A stretch of DNA of 64,000 nucleotides from Ignavibacteriota bacterium (GCA_963727825.1 CAVSHO010000001.1:64001-128000), one strand, 5' to 3'; counted from the stretch's first letter, positions 43,701 through 53,552 are shown. Notes: generated by a model not told the origin, from the sequence alone. Translations and numbers: made by a program.

Positions 43701-44806
43701 CATCCATCCATATTGACTAATAGGACACAGTCATTCGCATATTTAATGACGTAATCGAAGTGCTTCACGAGAGCTTGGCGTTCAACTTCCGCTGAATATT
43801 TATCATGATAGAATATGGAACGCTGATGCCGCCACCATGCCACTATAATGCCGCTGACTGCTAAGATAACAAGGAACGTTCCGATAGCGGCGATCCAAGC
43901 TTGTGAATAAAGAGATTCATAAACTTCTTCCTGGTCGCATTTTGCATTCATATACCAGGGAGAATCGGGAATATGTCTAATTGCCACGAGCACAGGAACA
44001 CCGCGATAATCAATACCTTCAACTATTCCTTCGATACCGCGGACCGCCATTGAAGCGGGGAGCTGTTTGTTAGAAATTGGCAAGCGTAACGTCAGCATCG
44101 TGTTTTTTTGATGACGAAGCTCATTTAAATAAACAATGCTCTCTCCATCTTGTTCAAGCAATAATGTCTCAGATGTGCGGCTTGGCTTCGGCCATGATTG
44201 GATAAGTTGAAAAAGAACTGCCTGCGGATTGATACGCAGCATTATCGCTCCAATTAGAGAGCTGTCATGTCGATCATGGAAAAAAAGAGGCACCATCAAA
44301 TCCATATGAGCAATAGGAAGCGGCCCTGATTTGTGTAAATCCGAGAGGATTGCTTTTCGTTGACGACTAACTTCTTGAAATAATGAACGAGCTAATGTAC
44401 CGACTGAATCACCATAGCGCGATACTGATAGACGGACTTTTCCCTTTGCGTCGAACAAGATGGAAGATTCATAACCAACTTCGGACTCAAATGATTTCAT
44501 TACTGCAAGAATTTCTTGTTTTCGATCCGTATTGGCTGAAGAATTTAAAAAATCCTTAACTGTTCGTAAGAGAGGTAGGTTGTTAAAAAGAAGGTCACCA
44601 TCTGCGATTCGTTCGCGGCGCCATTGAGTAATTTGGCTCACCTTTAAATCTGCTATGGCTGAGAGATCGTTTTGAGCTTCTAATTTAATGCTCTTCTTCT
44701 GTGCTTGATAGAAACGGTAACCGGCAAGAAGAGTACATGCCACTAAGAGCACAAAAACAATAAGGATGAACCAGTGGATTTTCCGGCGGGGTAGATGAAT
44801 TTTCAT
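40774..44806 (-). pseudogene. Large hybrid sensor kinase (TM-Cache-like-TM, multiple PAS, HisKA, HATPase, REC) split by a +1 frameshift near 42238, or a sequence error
   Basis: Coding strand ...TTT AAC GAT C ATG CTC ATT CAG ACA ATG CCA...; removing one base joins EESLRQTHAFND to MLIQTMPFGMNIVD. Confidence 0.8.
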
Positions 44807-44867
44807 GTGCCGAATCCTTTCTTAACGCTCAGTAGTCTTTCTAAAGTAATTTCAATATATAGCTTTT

Positions 44868-45960
44868 TCAATGATTCATTTTTCCATAATGATAATATGC
44901 CGCGCATGCACCCTCGGAAGAAACCATCGGAGCACCAAGAGGATGTTCCGGTGTGCATTGATTACCGAACGCCGAGCATTCGTGAGGTTTCTTTAAGTCC
45001 TTGCATTACTTGACCGGCAATGCACAGCGGCGATTCTTGCGTATGGATAGCTGCAAGATCAAACAAGTTCTCGGCGTCAAACGCGGAAAACTCATTGCGT
45101 AATCTGTAACCACTCTTCGGGATTGTTCCGATGCCCCGCCACGAGCGGTCTGTAGTCTTAAAAACTTTTTGTATTAATTCTCGTGCCGAACGATTGCCCT
45201 CTCGTCGAACCACTCGTGCGTATTGGTTCTCAACTTCTGCACGCCCTTCTTCAAGCTGTTTGACCGTCATTAAAATTCCTTGAAGAATATCGACTGGCTC
45301 AAAGCCTGTTACTACAATCGGTACGCTATACTTGGATGCGAGTGGAATATATTCTTCATATCCCATCACAGTACAGACATGTCCAGCCGCAAGAAATCCT
45401 TGAACACGATTTACAGGCGATGAAAGAATTGCCTCCGTTGCCGGCGGCACAAGAACATGCGAACAGAGAATAGAAAAATTCTTAAGATCGAGCCGTTTTG
45501 CCTGCAATACGGACATAGCATTTGCGGGAGCGGTAGTCTCGAATCCTACGGCAAAGAAAACAATTCTTTTATCAGGATTTTGCTGGGCAAGTTTCAATGC
45601 ATCGAGCGGCGAATAAACGATGCGCACGTCTCCGCCTGCTGCTTTTACGGTTAGCAAATCTTTTTCTGAACCGGGTACTCGAAGCATATCACCGAATGAC
45701 GTGAAAAGGACGTCCGAAAGTGACGCAATGGCGATAGCTTTGTCGATGAGTTCAAGTGGAGTAACACACACCGGACATCCGGGTCCGTGCACAAGTGTGA
45801 TATTGGAAGGAAGCAGACCATCAATCCCGGATTTAACGATGGTATGTGTCTGCCCACCGCAGATTTCCATGATTGTCCATGCGCGTGTTACAACATTGCG
45901 GATTTCTTTAATTAACTTTTCCGCTGAAACCGCATCACGATATTCATCAATATACTTCAT
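44868..45960 (-). pseudogene. hypD: Hydrogenase maturation protein HypD with +1 frameshift at 44992-44994, or a sequence error
   Basis: [23 protein letters not shown]; GGA CTT AAA G AAA CCT breaks GLKKP; shifted frame gives [40 protein letters not shown]. Confidence 0.9.
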
Positions 45961-45996
45961 ACTAGTCTCTTGCTGCCGACTTCTTGAATAACGATT

Positions 45997-46233
45997 CTAT
46001 TCATTTTCAAGATCGTTCATTTCGTTTATCAGTTTGAGCGTTTCCTGCGCTTCCTCTTCATCCATCATACTGATGGCAAAGCCGACATGAACAATAACAT
46101 AATCGCCGATCTTCACCTCTGGCACAAGTTCGAGACAGACTTCCTTTTTTATACCACCGAAGCTTACTTTGCCCATAATTGGCGAAACAGCAGCATCGAT
46201 TTCTATGACTTTACCGGGAATTGCTAAACACAT
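45997..46233 (-). CDS. hypC: Hydrogenase chaperone HypC
   Basis: MCLAIPG, GDYVIVHVGFA. Confidence 0.95.
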   Translation of the reverse strand: MCLAIPGKVIEIDAAVSPIMGKVSFGGIKKEVCLELVPEVKIGDYVIVHVGFAISMMDEEEAQETLKLINEMNDLENE

Positions 46234-46343
46234 ATTGTTTCCTCTTTCCGTTTCAATTTTCAAATTCCTGAATCAACAATCAAGCTGTTTCTATAATTTT
46301 CTTAAATCTTGCAGAGCAAATCTAAAGTAGATCCAGGGAATCT

Positions 46344-48752
46344 TCACTTTTCTTTCCGATTCAAACGGAGAGCAGCATAAACTTGCCCCAAGGCAATTCC
46401 TCCATCATTTGGCGGAATGCGCTGATGCCAGTATGGGTGAAACCCTTCTTCACGTAACCGTTTTACACTGTGTTCAGTTAGATATTTATTCTGAAAGCAT
46501 CCGCCGGAAAGCACCACATGATTTTGTCTGATCTTCATTGCAACTGCTACGATTATTTCAACGAGCGTATTATGAAATTTTACAGAGATAATTGATTGAC
46601 TAATATGATCTTTCATATCTGTAAGAATTCCTTCGAAAATTGGCCGCCAGTCAACTTTTTTAAGATTTAGTGCTTCGTCAATTTCAAAGGGATAACATTC
46701 TTTGCTCTCCACACCTTGTGTCAAAAACTCCAACTCCATTGCTCCTTGACCCTCGTAATTTACGATCTGTCTTAATCCAATAAGCGATGCGACAGCATCA
46801 AAGAGTCTGCCTGCGCTTGTGGTAGCAGGCGTATTGACCTTCTTTACAAACATTTGTTTAAGCACATCAAGTTCCACTGACGTGAATGAAAGTACAGAAA
46901 TTAAATCGTCACGATGAAAAATATCCCCGCCAAATATTTCGTACAAAATACCAAGTGCAACGCGCCGCGGTTCTTTAATGGCTTTTTCTCCACCGGGTAA
47001 TCGAAAAGGATGGAAGGTGGCAATGCGCTCGAATGATGTGTCAGTTGTCAGTAGAAATTCGCCGCCCCAGATATTTCCATCGAGGCCATACCCTGTCCCA
47101 TCCCAGGAGACGCCAAGCAATTCGCCCTCCAATTGATTCTCCACCATACAAGAAGCTATATGTGCATAATGATGTTGGACTTCTATGAGTGGAATGCCGG
47201 TGTTTCGAGCAAACTTCGAAGATAGATAATCGGGATGAAGGTCGCAAACAATCTGCGCAGGCTTTACTTCGTACAGCGTTTGGAAATCTGTGATTACTCG
47301 ATGAAATGCATCTAACGATTCTTTCGTTTCTAAATCACCAATATACTGACTGATAAACACGTTGTCTTCAGATGTCAGCGCAACAGTGTTCTTGAGGTGT
47401 GCGCCAACTGCCAGTAGGGACACGCCATGGCGTGTCCCTACTACTGAGATGGGTAACGGTGCATATCCTCGTGCTCGGCGAAGTACTAACTCGCGTTCCA
47501 TTATAATACGAACAATAGAATCATCAATATGCCGCACAATCGGCCGGTTGTGAACAAGAAATATATCTGCAATGCCGTTAAGCCGATGAAGAGCTTCATA
47601 CTCATCGATACAAATCGGTTCGTCTGACAAATTACCACTTGTTGCGACAACCGGAGAACCAAGTTCTTTCATTAGGATGTGATGCAGCGGAGTGTATGGC
47701 AGCATCACACCAAGATATGGATTGTTGGGAGCAACAGAAGTTGAGATGGAAGATGGGAGATGATAATTAGACTGTCCCAATCTATTTTCATTCTGTCTTC
47801 TGCCTTCTGATTTCTGAATCCTTTTTAGCAACACAATCGGAGATTCCGGTGAAAGAAGAAGTCTCGTTTCAAATTCGTTAACTTCGCATTCTAATTTTAT
47901 TGCTTCTAATGAATGGAACATCAGCGCCAGCGGTTTCTCTTCCCGATGCTTCCTCTTGCGAAGACGGCGCACTGCTTCGTCATTGTGAGCATCAACCATC
48001 AAATGAAATCCGCCAAGCCCTTTGACGGCGACAATTTTACCGGCTCGAATCATTTCCACGGCTTGAAGTAACGAATCGTGTCTTTCAGCAATTACGGTTC
48101 CTTTGTCATTCCACAATTCTAATTTTGGCCCGCATACGGGACATGCATTTGGCTGGGCATGAAATCGGCGGTTGAGCGGATTTTCGTACTCTGCCTTACA
48201 CTCCGGACACATCTCAAATTTCTTCATTGATGTATTCGGTCGATCGTACGGTAATGCTTCAATAATAGAAAAGCGCGGTCCGCAGTTTGTGCAATTAGTA
48301 AAAGGATAAAGGTAGCGGCGATTTGATAAATCGAAGATATCTTTCAAACAGTCAAGACAGGTTGAGATATCGGGAAGAACCAGCGCAGACTTTGTTCCGG
48401 TAGAATCACTTTTACGAATCTCAAAAGACGTGAATCCCATTGAATCAAGAAATGAGAACTCTAAACTCTGGATAAATGCTCGTGGCGGAATTTCTTTTTG
48501 TATACGAAACAGAAAATGATTTAGAATGTCTTTTTCCCCTTCGACTTCAAGGAAGACACCTTGAGCAGAGTTCGATACCCAGCCCGGCAGGTTCATCTCT
48601 GTCGCCAATCGATAGACGAATGGCCGAAATCCTACGCCTTGCACCGCGCCGCGAATAACGACTCTCAGCCGCCCTCTTTCTGTTTTTTTTTGATTTCTTT
48701 CTTGCACTGCACTTACAAGGTGCAAAAAAATCTTGTGAGAATCAGTATGCAA
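46344..48752 (-). CDS. hypF: Carbamoyltransferase HypF
   Basis: GAVQGVGFRP acylphosphatase domain, Zn fingers, KGLGGFHL, TSGN, HH.AH, DGTGYG, PPNDGGIALGQ; exact start uncertain. Confidence 0.96.
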   Translation of the reverse strand: MHTDSHKIFLHLVSAVQERNQKKTERGRLRVVIRGAVQGVGFRPFVYRLATEMNLPGWVSNSAQGVFLEVEGEKDILNHFLFRIQKEIPPRAFIQSLEFSFLDSMGFTSFEIRKSDSTGTKSALVLPDISTCLDCLKDIFDLSNRRYLYPFTNCTNCGPRFSIIEALPYDRPNTSMKKFEMCPECKAEYENPLNRRFHAQPNACPVCGPKLELWNDKGTVIAERHDSLLQAVEMIRAGKIVAVKGLGGFHLMVDAHNDEAVRRLRKRKHREEKPLALMFHSLEAIKLECEVNEFETRLLLSPESPIVLLKRIQKSEGRRQNENRLGQSNYHLPSSISTSVAPNNPYLGVMLPYTPLHHILMKELGSPVVATSGNLSDEPICIDEYEALHRLNGIADIFLVHNRPIVRHIDDSIVRIIMERELVLRRARGYAPLPISVVGTRHGVSLLAVGAHLKNTVALTSEDNVFISQYIGDLETKESLDAFHRVITDFQTLYEVKPAQIVCDLHPDYLSSKFARNTGIPLIEVQHHYAHIASCMVENQLEGELLGVSWDGTGYGLDGNIWGGEFLLTTDTSFERIATFHPFRLPGGEKAIKEPRRVALGILYEIFGGDIFHRDDLISVLSFTSVELDVLKQMFVKKVNTPATTSAGRLFDAVASLIGLRQIVNYEGQGAMELEFLTQGVESKECYPFEIDEALNLKKVDWRPIFEGILTDMKDHISQSIISVKFHNTLVEIIVAVAMKIRQNHVVLSGGCFQNKYLTEHSVKRLREEGFHPYWHQRIPPNDGGIALGQVYAALRLNRKEK
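47413..47442. repeat. Perfect 30-bp GTAG-type REP palindrome inside the hypF coding sequence
   Basis: AGTAGGGACACGCCA|TGGCGTGTCCCTACT, translated as VVGTRHGVSLL. Confidence 0.8.
47742..47816. repeat. Heptamer-repeat insertion inside hypF
   Basis: Coding strand CAGAAAT CAGAAGG CAGAAGA CAGAATG ... CATCTCC CATCTTC CATCTCA; 75 bp, frame-preserving. Confidence 0.6.
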
Positions 48753-48817
48753 GAATTCTAAACCATCATCGTTATAAAGGTGTTTATTCTTTCCTAAAAA
48801 AGTATTTAATTAAAACG

Positions 48818-48991
48818 GTAATTACTCAGCAGGTTTTCTGTATCGTGGAAAATAATCCCTCTCCTCACAGGAGAGGGATAGGGTGAGGTCAAATAAAAGA
48901 AATGACCCCACCTGATCCTCCCCTATAGGAGAGGAAATTTTTTAAAAAACCCGATATATAAAAAGGTTAAAAGATGATACTGAGTAGTTAC
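48818..48991. mobile_element. 174-bp MITE-like element with 12-bp TIRs, target-site duplication and internal REP hairpins
   Basis: GTAATTACTCAG / CTGAGTAGTTAC (11/12 match); TTAAAAC at 48810-16 and 48992-98; inner CCCTCTCC/GGAGAGGG and GGGTGAGGTC/GACCCCACC. Confidence 0.75.
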
Positions 48992-49041
48992 TTAAAACAT
49001 ATTGTATCGAAAAGCATAAACACAAAGGAAAAGAATCAGGC

Positions 49042-50343
49042 ATGATTTGGAATGAATATATTGAATGCATGGATCGGGAACGGCTTGCAAAATTGCAGGG
49101 TGAACGACTCTCCGCAATGGTAGAAAAACTCTATTATAATGTGCCGTTCTATCGCCAAAAATTTCAGAAAAGCGGAATCGAACCAGGAGATATAAAAAAC
49201 GTCAACCAATTAAAAAATCTGCCTTTTACCATGAAGCAGGATTTGCGAGATAATTATCCCTTCGGTTTATTTGCAGTTCCGGCATCGGAAATTGTGCGCG
49301 TGCATGCCTCAAGCGGCACAACAGGGAAGCCGACTGTTGTGGGATATACGCGAAAGGATCTTGAAATTTGGTCTGAGGTCGTAGCCCGCACACTCACTTC
49401 AGCCGGAGGCGGTAAGAACGATGTATTGCATATTGCGTATGGCTATGGTTTGTTCACAGGTGGATTGGGTATCCATTATGGTGCAGAAAAAATTGGTGCA
49501 GCCGTCATTCCTGTTTCCGCCGGCAACACCCAGCGCCAATTACAATTGATGCAAGATCTTGGTTCCACAATCCTCGCCTGTACACCATCGTATGCTCTTC
49601 ATTTGGCAGAGGCAATTGCTGAAGCAGGTATATCGACAAATTCATTGAAGCTTAAAGCTGGAGTATTTGGAGCCGAGCCATGGACTGAAGAAATGCGTCG
49701 TGAAATTGAAGATAAATTGAAAATTAAGGCAATTGATATTTATGGATTAAGCGAGGTGATTGGACCAGGTGTTGCTTCTGAATGTATGTGTCAAAAAGGT
49801 CTGCATATTTTTGAAGACCATTTTATTCCGGAGGTAGTCGATCCGGAAACACTAGAAGTACTTCCCTATGGTCAGATGGGGGAATTGGTATTCACCTGTA
49901 TTACGAAGGAAGCGTTGCCATTGCTCCGATACCGCACACGTGATCTTACGGTATTGAATCCTGAAAAATGCGAGTGTGGACGTACACTTATGCGAATGAA
50001 AAAATGTCTCGGCCGTTCGGATGATATGCTGATTATCAGAGGAGTAAATGTTTTTCCATCGCAAATAGAAGCAGTGCTGCTCGAGATGAGCGAAACCAAA
50101 CCACATTACTTACTTATTGTTGATAGAGTAAATAACCTTGATGTTCTGGAAATATGGGTTGAAGTTGAAGGGCAATTCTTCTCTGATGAAATTAAAAAAC
50201 TGGAAGAACTTAAGAAAAAGGTACAACACAAGATTGAATCAACTTTAGGTATCAGTGCAATTGTAAAGTTAGTTGAACCAAAAACCATCGAACGCAGCGA
50301 AGGCAAAGCCAAAAGAGTAATAGATAAAAGAAAAATAAAATAG
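49042..50343 (+). CDS. paaK: Phenylacetate-CoA ligase
   Basis: [58 protein letters not shown]. Confidence 0.93.
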   Translation: MIWNEYIECMDRERLAKLQGERLSAMVEKLYYNVPFYRQKFQKSGIEPGDIKNVNQLKNLPFTMKQDLRDNYPFGLFAVPASEIVRVHASSGTTGKPTVVGYTRKDLEIWSEVVARTLTSAGGGKNDVLHIAYGYGLFTGGLGIHYGAEKIGAAVIPVSAGNTQRQLQLMQDLGSTILACTPSYALHLAEAIAEAGISTNSLKLKAGVFGAEPWTEEMRREIEDKLKIKAIDIYGLSEVIGPGVASECMCQKGLHIFEDHFIPEVVDPETLEVLPYGQMGELVFTCITKEALPLLRYRTRDLTVLNPEKCECGRTLMRMKKCLGRSDDMLIIRGVNVFPSQIEAVLLEMSETKPHYLLIVDRVNNLDVLEIWVEVEGQFFSDEIKKLEELKKKVQHKIESTLGISAIVKLVEPKTIERSEGKAKRVIDKRKIK

Positions 50344-50349
50344 GACGCT

Positions 50350-50775
50350 ATGATCATAAAACAACTTTCAGTATTTCTCGAAAATAAGTCGGGCCGACTG
50401 ACTGAAGTGACCGAAACATTAGCTTCAGCACAAATTAATATCTCTGCTTTCAGTATTGCCGATACCTCTGAATTCGGCATTCTGCGGATGATAGTTAGCA
50501 AGCCGGAAGCAGCGGAAGCTGCATTGAAGGCAAAGGGGATTTCTGTTCATATCACAGAAGTTGTCGCTGTCGTGGTTCCGCACAATCCTGGTGGTTTACA
50601 CAGGACATTAGAAATTCTTTCTTCCGAAGGAATTAGCGTAGAATATATGTACGCATTTGCTATGGGCGATCGTGCGACTGTGATCATTCGTACCGATGCA
50701 ATTCAACAGACCATTACAGTTTTACAGAAGCATAAAATGGAATTGCTCAAATCAAGCGACATCTATGAAATTTAA
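50350..50775 (+). CDS. Tandem ACT-domain protein (paaK-associated)
   Basis: QLSVFLENKSGRL, ADTSEFGILR, PGGL, EYMYAF. Confidence 0.9.
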   Translation: MIIKQLSVFLENKSGRLTEVTETLASAQINISAFSIADTSEFGILRMIVSKPEAAEAALKAKGISVHITEVVAVVVPHNPGGLHRTLEILSSEGISVEYMYAFAMGDRATVIIRTDAIQQTITVLQKHKMELLKSSDIYEI

Positions 50776-51290
50776 ATACTAAACTCCAAATGACAATAAA
50801 ACAAATCTCAAACAAGCTCCAACAAAAAAATATCAAATAATAAATCTGAAATCACAACTAGTTTTCAAATGGATAAAATCCAAATAAAAAAGCCATACGA
50901 TCTTGAAGAACGGACGCTCCAGTATACAAAAGACGTTATTTCTCTGGTTAGTAAGGCAACAAAGAATTTATCAAATATTGAAATCGCAAAACAATTGATT
51001 CGATCATCGGGATCAGTGGGAGCTAATTATATTGAGGCAAATGAATCTTTGGGAAAGAAAGACTTTGTGATGCATGCACGGATAGCTCGTAAGGAGGCAA
51101 AAGAAAATCGTTATTGGCTACAGTTAATGGAATGCAACGACTATTTGCAACCATTAAGAGATCAATTGACTCAAGAATCAACGGAATTATTGAAAATTCT
51201 TAGCAAGATCATTGAGAAATCAACTTGATTCGGAATTTTGAGTTTGTTATTTGTTTGTGATTTGGGTGTTGATAATTGGAATTTCAATTA
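50774..51290. repeat. Heptamer-periodic inverted flanks around the four-helix-bundle gene
   Basis: Left AAATACT AAACTCC AAATGAC..AAATATC AAATAAT AAATCTG AAATCAC; right GGAATTT TGAGTTT GTTATTT; CAAATCTCAAACAA (50802-15) pairs 13/14 with 51251-64. Confidence 0.7.
50869..51228 (+). CDS. Four-helix-bundle protein (23S rRNA IVP / TIGR02436 family)
   Basis: DLEERT, QLIRSSGSVGANYIEA, KKDF, IARKEAKE..YWL. Confidence 0.9.
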   Translation: MDKIQIKKPYDLEERTLQYTKDVISLVSKATKNLSNIEIAKQLIRSSGSVGANYIEANESLGKKDFVMHARIARKEAKENRYWLQLMECNDYLQPLRDQLTQESTELLKILSKIIEKST

Positions 51291-51308
51291 AAGATATTGG
51301 ATAAGTTT

Positions 51309-52514
51309 ATGAATCGTTATTCCAAATCCGTTTCTTCTCTTCGTACATCAGAGATCCGAGATCTCATGGGGCTTGCAACGCGGGCGGATATTATTTCGTT
51401 TGCCGGCGGTATGCCGGGTAACGAACTGTTTCCCGTTGAAGAAATCGACGAGATCTATAACAATTTGCCCCTCGATATAAAACAAACTGCTTTTCAATAT
51501 GGCCCTACACCTGGGTACCCACCACTACTTGAATCTTTGAAAGAGTATTTAAAAAAGAAAGGAATGCCGGTTGAAACAAACAAGTTGATGATTACAACCG
51601 GTTCTTTGCAGGCGATCAATATTCTTGCAAAAGTATTTATCAATCCGGAGGATTTAGTTGTTACGGAAAATCCTTGTTTTATTGGAGGAATTTCTGCATT
51701 CAAATCATATCAAGCAAATCTTCACGGAATAAATTTGGATGACAATGGAATTGATATCTTTTCTTTGAAGAGTTTTTTAGATGGTACGAAATATATGCCC
51801 CCAAAATTTATTTATCTTACGCCAAACTTTCATAATCCTGCCGGCATACTTTATACAGAACAGCGAAAGGAAGAATTGGTGCCTGTGCTTCAAGAGCATG
51901 ATTTAATGCTAATCGAAGATGATGCATATGGCGAATTGTATTTCGATGAAGAAGCGAAAAAAAGAGTAGTTCCTTTGAAAGCATTATATGAAGGTAAGCT
52001 TGATATATGTTATACAAGCTCTTTTTCAAAAATACTCGGGCCTGGTTTTAGATTAGGTTGGATGTTAGTACCTAATGAGATTTATCAGAAAGCAGAATTG
52101 TGCAAGCAGTCAATGGATGCTTGTTCTCCTAACTTTACGCAAGTTTTAGCAAATGAATTCCTGCGAAGCGGTAAGATGGATCTCTACATAAAAAAAATGC
52201 GGGTAATTTATAGGCGGCGTAAAGATACAATGGCTATTGCCATCCGCAAATATTTTCCCGATGAAATTACTTGGGTGGAGCCAAAAGGCGGGTTTTACAT
52301 TTGGTTAAAATTACCATCGAAAATTGATATTATGTCCGTGCTAAAAGCAAGCATCGAAAAAGGTGCTGTATTTGTAATTGGAAAAACATTCGATCCAGAA
52401 GGGGAGGATAATAGTCATTTCAGGTTGGCATACTCGCACACCCCTGAAGATAAAATCGAAAAAGGTATTCATATTCTTGGCGATGCGTTGAAGAAAGCAA
52501 TGGCACAATCATAG
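51309..52514 (+). CDS. PLP-dependent class I/II aminotransferase (LysN/aromatic aminotransferase-like)
   Basis: ISFAGGMP, QYG.T.G, PNFHNPAG, EDDAY, SFSKILGPGFRLGW; ATG start MNRY. Confidence 0.9.
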   Translation: MNRYSKSVSSLRTSEIRDLMGLATRADIISFAGGMPGNELFPVEEIDEIYNNLPLDIKQTAFQYGPTPGYPPLLESLKEYLKKKGMPVETNKLMITTGSLQAINILAKVFINPEDLVVTENPCFIGGISAFKSYQANLHGINLDDNGIDIFSLKSFLDGTKYMPPKFIYLTPNFHNPAGILYTEQRKEELVPVLQEHDLMLIEDDAYGELYFDEEAKKRVVPLKALYEGKLDICYTSSFSKILGPGFRLGWMLVPNEIYQKAELCKQSMDACSPNFTQVLANEFLRSGKMDLYIKKMRVIYRRRKDTMAIAIRKYFPDEITWVEPKGGFYIWLKLPSKIDIMSVLKASIEKGAVFVIGKTFDPEGEDNSHFRLAYSHTPEDKIEKGIHILGDALKKAMAQS

Positions 52515-52583
52515 CATTCCAATTCCGGAAATCTATTTCTAAATCGAATTCCTGCGTTAATTCCCAATAATTCAAAAAAAAAC

Positions 52584-53519
52584 ATGATATATAATACAAA
52601 ACGATTGACATCTTATTTAATCGTCGTATTTCTTTTGTTTGCGGATCTTTCATCTTCACAAAACCAGAATAATCCTTTACCGGTTAAAAATGTGAACAAT
52701 GAAGATCAGTACAACATCTATTTTCGTAAAGCAGACAATCACTTAGGCAAATATGAATTTGAAGAGTCCATTAAGGATTGCGAATTAGCCCTAAATTATA
52801 ATGCGAATGATTTTCTCATACGTGCAATGATGTGTCTGAATTATTATGAAATTGCAGAAAGACTTGACGTGAAGAAGTCTGGCGACAAAGATAAAAAGAT
52901 CGAGATATATAAAAAAATGATTCAGATTGCGGAAAAAGGAATAGCTTGTGCGCCAGATAAGGGTGAGTGCTATTTCATGCGGGGATTGGCAAATGCAAGA
53001 ATGGCAACAACTAAAGGAGTTCTTTCCCAATTGTTTACAGCGAAACAAATTGAGACTGATTGGCTAGTGGCAGTAAATCGCAAATCTGATTATGTGACAC
53101 CAAATGGGGAGAACCTTCAAGCATCCAGTTGTTTGGCGCTTGGAGTATACTATCGACTCTGTCCGACTTTCTTTTTGCTCAAATGGATATTTGGAATCAG
53201 TGGCGATCTTGAAAAAGCGGTTACATATTGCAGGAAGGCATATGATCTGGATTCGACAAGAATTGAGATTGTAAAAGAATATGGTGTTGCACTGATAACG
53301 CGTGGATTGGAATCTAAGAACGAAAATGATATCGAACGAGGCAAAGAATATTTGCGAAAGGTGGCTTCTCTGCCGTTACGGTTACAGACAGATAAAACTG
53401 ATATCGAACATAGTAAAATGCTTCTAGAGAATATAAGCTTATGCCCAGGATATTCAAGAGATGAAGAACAAGATGTTTCCAAAGAAACATTTACTAAGGA
53501 AAATTCAGTGTCGCACTGA
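52584..53519 (+). CDS. Exported alpha-helical TPR-like hypothetical protein
   Basis: Signal peptide; helical repeats such as ECYFMRGLA, LALGVYY, AVTYCRKAYDLD. Confidence 0.6.
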   Translation: MIYNTKRLTSYLIVVFLLFADLSSSQNQNNPLPVKNVNNEDQYNIYFRKADNHLGKYEFEESIKDCELALNYNANDFLIRAMMCLNYYEIAERLDVKKSGDKDKKIEIYKKMIQIAEKGIACAPDKGECYFMRGLANARMATTKGVLSQLFTAKQIETDWLVAVNRKSDYVTPNGENLQASSCLALGVYYRLCPTFFLLKWIFGISGDLEKAVTYCRKAYDLDSTRIEIVKEYGVALITRGLESKNENDIERGKEYLRKVASLPLRLQTDKTDIEHSKMLLENISLCPGYSRDEEQDVSKETFTKENSVSH

Positions 53520-53552
53520 ACTTGTTATTGCGATGAATATCGCTTATGACTG

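Noticed and set aside
50776-50868. CRISPR array or DGR around the Avd-like four-helix-bundle gene
   Set aside because: Repeats are degenerate 7-mers without spacers; no cas genes, reverse transcriptase or TR/VR pair seen.
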